From Saprolegnia diclina VS20 (Eukaryota), in assembly GCF_000281045.1 (NCBI RefSeq), contig NW_008246072.1, forward strand, positions 1,113,481-1,142,842: DNA of 29,362 nt, written 5' to 3'. The notes beneath the pieces are model-generated. The model worked only from the letters and a program-made list of their open reading frames with translations. It searched no databases and was not told the DNA's origin. The translations under genes and the position numbers were made by a program. Positions 1 through 8,828 of this stretch are shown piece by piece; within the stretch, counting starts at the first letter, position 1; every line of letters begins with the position of its first letter.

Positions 1-776
1 GTTCAGATGGTTGGCGAGCCCGAGCGCAGCGATCGCCCAGACGGCCACCCACACGATCTGCAAGAAGAGCATCGAGAATGCGACGCAGTACGTGCTCGCG
101 TGCTTCTTGATCGCCGCGGCCGCGCAGCGCAAGTTGGCGGCTGCGAACGGAATGCGATCGCGCACCGCAAAGGCGTAGCTATTGGCTCCATAAGACATTG
201 CGGCCATCAAGGATACGGCGCGCGTACCAAAGAGAGAAGAGGACAAAGATAGCACCGAGGATCGCGAGGCCATACTGCTGCTTGATCGCGGCGTAGATGG
301 TGAAGAGCACGTTGAGGCCGACACCAAACCTAGCGCGCGTCGTGCGTTAGATGCGAGCATGCATGTCGCGCGTACCAGAGCGAGAACGTGATCATGCCAC
401 TGGCAAAGCGGACCATGAACGAGAGCATAAGGAGCGAGAGCACGCCCGAGAGGACAACCATGACACTTGAGATTATGAGCACGGTGCGCATCTCCTTGTC
501 CGAGAGAAGGTTGTTGGACGACGTCGACTTGGTCGAGGTCGTCGTCGATGAAGAGTTTTGAAGCACGGGGATGCCCCACGTGACGAGGAGCACAATCATG
601 GCGGCGACGTTGCCGATGAAGAGGATCGCAAAGGGCCAGTCGCGGTAGCCCGTCGACGCCGGCGCCTGCGGCTTCATCGACTGCACAGGTCCGAGGTGCG
701 CGGTGCCACCCTGCGGCGCCGGGACGCCCACAGGGATCCCGTACGGGTCCATCGCCGAGGTATTCTTCTGGTACAT
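1..776 (-). CDS. Choline transporter-like (CTL/SLC44/Pns1 family) membrane protein, 5' part; runs off the left edge
   Basis: ATG at 776 (MYQKNTSAMDPYG). Exons are 776-376, 329-228 and 178-<1, separated by GT-AG introns at 375-330 and 227-179. The spliced product has GYRDWPFAILF followed by hydrophobic helices, and YAFAVRDRIPFAAANLRCAAAAIKKH, both typical of CTL/Pns1 proteins. Confidence 0.85.
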
Positions 777-785
777 GTTGCTGCC

Positions 786-800
786 AAATTCCAAAATGGG
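786..800 (-). promoter_or_regulatory. Putative oomycete INR+FPR core promoter of the CTL gene
   Basis: The minus strand reads CCCATTTTGGAATTT just upstream of the ATG. This resembles the oomycete INR/FPR consensus (approximately GCTCATTYYNCAWTTT). Confidence 0.4.
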
Positions 801-1704
801 CCATCCGAAGTTTCGGGCGTGTCCATTGCTTCGAACTTCGCTACCTACATACATTTATCAAGTGTTTTGCAATGCGCCGAGGCCATTGGTGGAAAGTAAC
901 CAATGGCCTTGACGCATATCCGAATGTCGAAGGTTACGGCGGATGGAACCACAACGTCCAGAAGAGGCAGAAGTTGAAAACTTGAGCTGGCGAATACACA
1001 TCCTGCTCGTACAATAGTGTAGCAAGGTATTGTGTGCAGCCAGTAGTAGCTTGAGGCTACTCCTTCCTTGCCACCGCCCTTCGCGTTCGACATTGCACTT
1101 CTCGCGTCGTCCCGATGGCGTTACTACAGGACGACACCTTGGCTGCACAACGTTGGCGCCAGCCTTCGTGGCACATTGACGTACACACAGCAGCTGACGC
1201 TGCGTGTCGCGCGCCTGGCTCCGTTATCAAGGCACCGTCAGTCCCCACACACCCTCTTGCTCCCTCTTGCACAGGATTGCTGCAAAATTTCACACAGGTC
1301 ATTCGAAGTTCGAAGTAGAGCGGAGTGATGGTTGATGGATCTGCTACCGTTGGACAGACCAGCACTCCGGTCCCCTGCCATGTCTGCTAGCTCGCTGGGA
1401 GAGCTCCAGATCGACGCCGGGCATGTCGTAGCACCTCAAACAAGCTTGATGCGACGCCCCACGCCTCTCTAGAATCGACCGCCACACCCCAACGTTCGAT
1501 CCAATTTTTCCTTTACCAACACCTTCCACGATGTGCGATGTAGCATTCTGGTACGTTCTGGAACAGTGCTCTGGTCGTCTCGAGTGCGTTCTAGTCCCTT
1601 GAGTCGTCGAAACCACAAGCTACGCGGGCGACGCAAGAGACCGACGCAAAGACCGACGCAGCATAGAGTGCAAACAACATGCATTACAGTCGTACAGTGC
1701 ACGC

Positions 1705-4544
1705 TTACAAGCGGCTCGTCGCCTTGAGAAACTCCGTCTTGGCGACCGTGCGCATGTGCACCTCGTCCGGTCCGTCCGCGAGACGCAAGGTGCGCAGCGC
1801 GGATGCGTAGTACGCCAGCACAAAGTCCTGGCTCACGCCCGCCGCGCCGTGGATTTGGATGGCCCGGTCACAGACTGCGATCGCCATCTGCGGCGCGACG
1901 ATCTTGATCATGGCGATCGCTTGCTGCGCCGCCTTGTTGCCCTTCTCGTCCATCTCGTGGGCCGCGTGGAGCGTGAGGAGGCGGGCGCTGTCGAGCTCGC
2001 TACGAATGAAGCATAAAAAATAAAATAAAAAGCATTTCCAACGGCGTCCTCGTACCAGCGCGATGTCGCGATCGACGACGCAACAAGAGCGTTCTCCCCG
2101 AGCAGCTGCTTGAACGCATAGCGCGTCTTGGCGCGGTGCACCTAGCGCCACAAATGAGCGATTCAGTAGGGGTAGGGTAGATCGAAAGGGGGTAGGGTAG
2201 ATCAAAAGGGGTAGGGTACCATGAGTTCGAGGCAGCGCTCGGCCATGCCAATCGTGCGCATGCAGTGATGGATGCGCCCCGGGCCCAAGCGAGCTTGCGC
2301 GATCTCAAAGCCCCGCCCATCTCCTACGCATATTGTCAGTTGGACTCTTTTTCAAAAATATAAAATAAAGATTACCGAGGAGGACGTTGGCGACCGGCAC
2401 GCGGACATTGTGGAAGAAGATTTCGAGGTGGCCGTGGGGTGCATCGTCGTAGCCAAAGACATGCATGGGGCGGCCGAGCTCGACGCCCGGCGTGTCGATT
2501 GGCACAAGCACCATCGACTGTTGGCGGAACGGCAACCGCGCTTTGGCGCCGAATGCGTCCTTCATCTTGCCCATGACGATGATGAGCTTGCAGCGCGGGT
2601 CGCCGGCCCCCGAGATGTACCACTTGGCGCCGTTGATCACATACTCATCGCCGACGCGTTCAATCTAACAATCGTCATTTCACGGGATCGAACCCTGTAC
2701 GACTCGTGCCAGACCTGGGTGCAGACGTTGGTCGCGTCTGACGACGCCACGTAGCGCTCGGTCATGGCAAAGCACGACCGAATGTCGCCGTTCAGCAATG
2801 GCGCGAGCCAGCGCGTCTTTTGCGCCGGGGTGCCAAAGCGAGCGAGGATCTCCATGTTGCCCGTGTCCGGTGCGCTGCAGTTGAAGACTTCGGGCGCCAG
2901 CACGACGCAGCTAGCACCTCTCATCAACAAAATGTCGGAGGCGACAAGGACAATACCGGCCCATGATTTCGCACATCATGCCATACTCGACGTTGGTCAG
3001 CGGCGCACCGTACGAGACGCCGTCGATCGTGAGCGGCTGCATAAAGAGATTCCAAAGCCCGAGCGCCTTGGCTTCGGCCTTGAGCGTCTCGATGATGGGC
3101 GCCACGGCCGTCCATGTCTTGCCGGCCGCGCGGTTGGCAGCTTGCTCGGCCATAAAGACCGACTCGGACGGAAACACGCGGGTCTTGCAAAACGCGAGGA
3201 GCTTGTTGTACGTGGCCTTGGCGTCCGCGCTCATGGGCAGCCCGAGGACGGGCGCCGCGACCTCGTCACGCGTGACGACCGACGGCGACTGCACGAGCGC
3301 CGTGGCGAGCTGCACCAGCATTCCGTACACATTCCGCGTCTTGCTAGCATGCCCTGACGACGCGTTGCCCTACACAAGACAATATTGGTACGAGTTTGGA
3401 CAACTTGTCGATCGTGTAGTGTACCTGGTGGCTACGCGCGTAGACCCCTTGCACGATCACAGCCATGCGAAAGACCACGAGCGCGCTGAAGAAGGTCCAC
3501 GTTGTCGCTGTCGGCGGGTACACGGTTGCCCGTTCGACGTAGCCCGATAAGAACGTCGCTTCGCTCGGGATGCCGAGGCGGTCCAGGCGCTTGTCGGCGA
3601 GGCCCGGCAGCAGCTACACACGATACGACATGTGAAACGCAAGACTACAAGCCAACACACCGGAAAGGTCGACGGGATGCGGTACATGGTGCAGAAGGTG
3701 GCCACGTCTGCTAGCGGATGGCCAATCGTACTGAGCTCCCAGTCGAGGATCGCGAGGATGCGCGGCTCGGTCGGGTGGAGGATGCAGTTGTCAAGGCGAA
3801 AGTCGCCGTGCACGATCCCCGCACGCTCGGGGATGGCGTCGACGTGCGCCTCGAGCCAGTTGCCAAGCGTCGCCAAGCCGGCGTCTTCATGCAGCGTCGT
3901 GTTGAAGCCTGCGAGGATCTTTTGTTGCGCGACAAACTGCCGTGTCCACGTGGCGAGCACGCGGTTCGCGTACTTGGTCGGCTTGCCAAACGTCTCGAGG
4001 CTACACACAGTGCATAAGCTGCGTTCGAGACGAGGACGTACCCTAGCGCATTCGGGTCGAGCCCATGCAGCGTCGCGAGGGCGTCGTTGACGGCGCTGTA
4101 GATGGCGTAGCGCTCCATGGCCGAGACGCCCGGGAGCGACGGGTCCTTGAAGACGCGGCCGTGGATGTACTCCATCAGGTAAAACTCCGTGCCGAGCACG
4201 GAGGCGTCGGCGCAGTACGTGACCATACGTGGCACGGGCACCGGCGTCGTTTGCAGCGCCTGTGGGCAAACTCCAGAGACGTGATTGGGGCGATGGCGTA
4301 CCTGCATGATGCGAAACTCGCGGTCGATCGCATGCGCCGACGGCAAGATCTTGCCAGATGGCTTCTTGCGCAGCACGAGCTGCTGGCCGCCGTAGGTCAC
4401 GAGGTACGTCGGGTTGCTCTGCCCGTGCTTGAATTGCTGTACTGTCAGCGGCTGCGATGGCGAGCTAAAGTGGGCATCCAGGAATGCGCCAAGCCGGGCT
4501 TCGTCCAGCGGCTGGCGCACAGGCTCGACGTCGGGCGCAGTCAT
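1705..4544 (-). CDS. ACAD11: ACAD10/ACAD11 (IBR3)-like bifunctional protein: N-terminal APH/kinase domain + acyl-CoA dehydrogenase, multi-exon, peroxisomal PTS1
   Basis: Kinase motifs: [32 protein letters not shown] and [10 protein letters not shown]...[18 protein letters not shown] motifs: [68 protein letters not shown] and [10 protein letters not shown]. The protein ends KATSRL*. The pieces are joined by short GT-AG introns (e.g. 2219-2142). There is no N-terminal HAD domain, which fits ACAD11 better than ACAD10. Confidence 0.93.
2169..2218 (+). repeat. G-rich ~20-bp tandem repeat (about 2.5 copies) inside an ACAD intron
   Basis: Units are ggggtagggtagatcgaaa / gggggtagggtagatcaaaa / ggggtagggta, giving six G-tracts of 3 or more G. 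Confidence 0.9.
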
Positions 4545-4819
4545 TCTCGTCGTTCGATCGGATCGTTAAGTGAGCCAACGCAAGGTACACCTCGGCTCGG
4601 TCGTGAAATCGCTCAAGATAAACTCATCAGACCCAGCCCCAGCTTGCCCTTTGGGCGCACTTAATCGGGACATCTGATGGCACCCCATTTTGCACCTCTA
4701 TTTTCGGTTGTGTACCTGCCGTCGAGCGTCAAATGGTGTGTTTTTAGCTGCAGTGGATGCGAGCGAAAAGGGCAACTTGAAGTTGATGTAACGTTAGATA
4801 GAATTGCAAAACTAAGCTC

Positions 4820-5794
4820 TTAGAGCGACGCGCTGGTCGAGAGAAAGGCAGGCGGCAAGCCAATGCCCTGCGCCAGGAGTGCGTCGCCGTGCTTGGCGAC
4901 CCAGTTCATCAGGTCCAAGCGCAGCTTGCATTTCTGGATGAGCTCCTTGTACGCTGGCGTGACCGACTTGTTGAGGCAGAGCGCGTTCGTGAGCGTCTTG
5001 CGCGCCAAGACACTTGTGAGGCTGCTCTGCAGCGCCTCGCGGATCTCGACCACCTTGGCCATGCGCTGCGTTCGGTAGGCAAACTTTTGCACCGTGTTGT
5101 ACGGTGCAATTTTGTCCTGTGTCGCACTGTAGCACACATCGCACGCATTCTTGTAGCGCTTGGTCTGCGTCACCGCGTCGCGCCGCGTCAAACGGTGGAG
5201 GCAGCCAACGACGTGCGCAGTCGCTTTTTCGTGGCCATGGATCGCGATCTGGACACCAAGGTCCTCGAACTCGCCGTAGACGGCCATGAGGCGTAGGTAT
5301 GTGGCGGGGCCGTAGTAGATGCCTGGGCAGTCCTCGATCGACGCAATGGGCTTGGACGAAGGTGGCAGTGGCGTCATAGTGGCCATTGGCGGTGCGGGTG
5401 CGAGCGATGCCATGTTGCTTGGCGTCGATGGTGCCATCGACAGGACGGGCGTCTGACGGGGCGTGGCCACCATGAGCACGGAATCGCCCAAGCTGGCGCT
5501 GCGCAGGTGGTTCTTGGACTTCTTGTGCGTCTTCCACGTCGTGGCGTTGAACGGTCCTTGGCACATGATGCGCTGCGGCGCACCCGACTTGCCGACGCAG
5601 TACTTGCACTCGATGTAGCCGCCGTCGGCGCAGGTAAAGCCGACCTCGTCGTCCTGCGTGACGTCATCAGACCACGAGTACTTGATGCGCTTCACGCGGC
5701 GCACGGCGTCGGGCGGCGCAGACAGCACCGAGTCGACCGCATCGAGCGCGGCCGGCGGAAGCATACCACTGCTGCTAGTCCCAAGCCCGTCCAT
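4820..5794 (-). CDS. Intronless hypothetical protein (~324 aa) with a C2H2/U1-like Zn finger and a second Cys/His cluster
   Basis: First ATG at 5794 (MDGLGTSS); the track start at 5833 is a non-ATG codon. It contains YIECKYC-x-FNATTWKTHKKSKNH, a Pro/Ser/Thr-rich linker, then CPG...H-VVGC...CDVC. Codon usage looks coding. Confidence 0.75.
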   Translation of the reverse strand: MDGLGTSSSGMLPPAALDAVDSVLSAPPDAVRRVKRIKYSWSDDVTQDDEVGFTCADGGYIECKYCVGKSGAPQRIMCQGPFNATTWKTHKKSKNHLRSASLGDSVLMVATPRQTPVLSMAPSTPSNMASLAPAPPMATMTPLPPSSKPIASIEDCPGIYYGPATYLRLMAVYGEFEDLGVQIAIHGHEKATAHVVGCLHRLTRRDAVTQTKRYKNACDVCYSATQDKIAPYNTVQKFAYRTQRMAKVVEIREALQSSLTSVLARKTLTNALCLNKSVTPAYKELIQKCKLRLDLMNWVAKHGDALLAQGIGLPPAFLSTSASL

Positions 5795-5856
5795 CTTCGA
5801 CGAATATCGGCCGTCAATATTATTATCCACCAATCATGCGCGCCGAATTCGGTTCC

Positions 5857-6416
5857 AGCCAATCCAATCACGTAATTGCCTGTAAAATATTCATATTCGA
5901 GAAATACTCGTCGGCATATCCAAGTAAGAATGACACTATTCAAGGAATATATCGCACAAATAATGTGCGCCACGGAGGTGTGGTGTGTATCTGCATTTCA
6001 GGACGTACCAAGGAGCATATCAAGGTCGCGATCGCTCCTGCATTAATTGCGCTGTCAAGCAGAAGCGAACGCTTGTTAGTCATATGCTGTCCTTCGCAAT
6101 GCCCTTTCTACAAAGCTACAAAGGTGCCTTGAACCCATGCACGAACTACGTCTATTCACACCCAACTCTATGTGTATGCAGCGGGTGTGGATCATGGTGT
6201 GGCATCAATACCATAAGCTTGGATAATGCATGACGCCGCAAGAAGCATAGCTTCATCTTTGCCGACGATCAGATAAAGCTGGTCGAGAAACACCTCCCAG
6301 TGGACTCGAGCTAGAGCCCTACAAGTTGCGTGCAATCAGTCACTAGCATTGGAACCGTGGCCAATCAAATGCACGTATCTTGAGCCAAGCGCCAATCAGC
6401 GTCAACGGTCAATTGG
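5857..6416. promoter_or_regulatory. Divergent intergenic region with CCAAT boxes near both gene starts
   Basis: agccaatccaatca lies at ~5857-5870. ggccaatc (~6359), gccaatcag (~6390) and attgg (~6412) lie just before the ATG at 6423. The region is AT-richer than the flanking CDSs. Confidence 0.45.
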
Positions 6417-6422
6417 CGTGAC

Positions 6423-8582
6423 ATGGCCACCATCGACGAGCTCGGTGACGACGCCAGCTTCTCCAAGTCCAACTGGATCGCAACCGACGCCAAGGCCCAC
6501 GATGGCAACCTCTCGCTGCGCTACCTCAACGAGTTTGTCGGCGACCTCAAGTGCGCGTCCGCGCTCCTGGAGCGTGGCCTCTTCCCCGACGCCAAGGAAG
6601 TGACCGAGGTGCGCAATCCGCTCGTCAGCCTTGGCTCATGGTGCCATAGACCATGGGTGTCTTCAATGCCATCCGAAAGCTCAATCTCCACGTGCTTGAT
6701 GCGGATGACGACGACGCGACGGGCCTTCGCAACGGCATCGTCGTCGTCGGCGATGGCATGACGCGTACGCCGCCTGTCTCGGCGAGTGCGACCACCTCAT
6801 ATCGTGTCGTGTAGCGCGGACCGCAACCATGTTTGCGAGTCGCACGAAAGGCTGGACGTGCTTTAGCGTCGACCCGATCATGCGCATGTCGACACCGGTG
6901 CGTCACGACCGGTCGCCAAATTCATGCCAATCATCGCGGTAGGAGGCGCCCGTGCCGTGGGCCGACGTGGACAAGGTCGTACCGATCTGTGCCAAGATTG
7001 AAGATGTCAGTCTGACTTCTCACACGCAGTCGCGTCACACCGTTGGCTAGATCCGCATTCGCCTCCACAAGGCGATCGTGATCTTGGTGCACGCGCACGT
7101 GACCATGCCGCAAGCGATGACGTCCATTCAAGCCAACACTGTCGTTGCCGTGCTCACGCTGCCGTGGTACGCTGCCTTCATCGGTATCCTCGCACAATCA
7201 CGGGCGGTACTAGCTGCAACTGGTATGGCCACCAAGAAGAACTCGATCAGCGGTGCGCCAAATCTTGTTCGCCTCTGCACTCAGCCACATGGAGTAGACC
7301 GCCCACTGTGGTGTACGATGACATGAGCATCCTCTCGCAACACCGCGAGGTACGGTGATGCCATCCCAATCTCGAGTCCAAGTCCCTTGCCCAGATTCGC
7401 CTCTGGTTGCCAGACCATGCCAACCCCGACGCCATCGTACCCGTCGTGGGGGGCAGCTGCATCCGGAAGACGTATGTGCCGCCTCGACGCGTGCCGCCGC
7501 CGCTGGATGCGTTCCTGCACCAAATGCTCGCGACGCCAACGAACGACTTGCCTACGGACGTTTTGACAGCTGTCATTGACACCTGCCGCCGGTACATCTC
7601 GCGCGACAGGTCAAGTCTCAACCCCTCGGCATAGGTCACTGGCACCGACGGCGGCGCTGCTCTTGATCGGAGACCAATCCACGGTCCGCGCTGCCCTCCA
7701 AGCGAGTGGGTTCACCAATGTTCGTTGTCGCACCGAGCTCGCTGCGTCGTCGTCGATCATGGTCGACGCGATCGTTGATGTCGGCTACCTCCACGCCGTC
7801 CTCAGCCGCGTCGAGAAAACCAAAGCCTGTGGGCTCGTGACCGAGCTCCTCCGCTTGTACAAGTCGTGGCTACCAAAGAACGCCGGCGCCGTGCTCTGTC
7901 TCTCGGGCCGCCGCATGTTGCGGAGTACCAAGTACTTTGCGCGGTGCGTCATTGCCCTGTCGATTCGCATTCTCATTCGAAATGGGTGTTGTTAGGCCGT
8001 CGCTCGGGTGGTCGCTCGCCGTGACGCCGCTAGCCGCCGCCAGCTCGGAGTTTACGACGTTTCTGCACCATGCGACGGTGCACGATGCGCCGCCTGTCGC
8101 GACGGTCGATGATTCGCTGGTCCCTCTCGAAGGGCTCCGTCTTCGCCTCGAGGCGACATTTTCTGCGCGCTGTCCGGCGGCAGTGTCGGTGACGCGCATC
8201 GCTGACATTCTTGCGGACTCTCCGAACGTCGTGGTGCGCACGTCGGGGGTCGTCACACGGATCCACGCAATGCACGCAAAGCTCGTGCTCGTCGACATTT
8301 GTGATGAAGTCAACGGCAAGCTTCTTCTGGTGCTGCTGCGTCAGGACTCGCTCATGGCACCTGGTGACGCGCTGCGCATGCCGCAGACACTGCTTCAGCA
8401 CCTCCAGCTCGGTATTGTCTTATGAGATTTCAAGTCCGACCAAGAACGAATGATGATTAGGCGATACGCTCGACGTTGTGGGCGACCTCGAGACGACGGG
8501 CACCGGGTCATTGAGCATCAGGGCGGCGGCAGTCCGCCTCGTTGCAACAGTGTCCAGGGACAGGCTGACGTACTACCAATAA
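6423..8582 (+). CDS. 11-exon protein (~565 aa): N-terminal SAM-methyltransferase-like domain, central degenerate Rossmann-like segment, C-terminal OB-fold (tRNA anticodon-binding-like)
   Basis: Manually spliced exons: 6423-6608, 6650-6764, 6815-6897, 6943-7005, 7051-7166, 7214-7252, 7298-7349, 7395-7591, 7635-7943, 7996-8411, 8461-8582. All introns are GT-AG and 41-52 nt; the exons total 1698 nt with no internal stop. Motifs include FPDAKEVTE, IVVVGDGMTPRTA, CFSVDP, ILVHAH, LTLPCC and C-terminal LQLGDTLDVVGDLETTGTGSLSIRAAAVRLV. Confidence 0.75.
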
Positions 8583-8641
8583 GATGCAGCTTCCATACAG
8601 GACTCACCTATGCGTTCTTCGTCTATGGGTAGCCAACCAGG

Positions 8642-8661
8642 TTTAGGGTAGGGTTAGGGTT
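8642..8661 (+). repeat. Short degenerate telomere-like tract between convergent 3' ends
   Basis: The sequence tttagggtagggttagggtt reads as TTTAGGG-TAGGG-TTAGGG. Confidence 0.5.
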
Positions 8662-8828
8662 GGCTCAACCAAAGCCGCATCAGTGTCATGGTGCGGCCAC
8701 GCGACGAGCGACGGCGCGCAAGTTTAGGGACATCATTGTCGAGGTGCTCGGCAATGATCCCGTCGATGTGTACCAGTTTCAACATGTACACCGTGTCCAG
8801 CGTCAAAATTATATATAAGAATAACCAC

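Noticed and set aside
5985..6315. Possible decayed coding or transposon relic in the divergent intergenic region
   Set aside because: The reading frames are short and stop-interrupted, with no recognisable domain, terminal repeats or target-site duplication.
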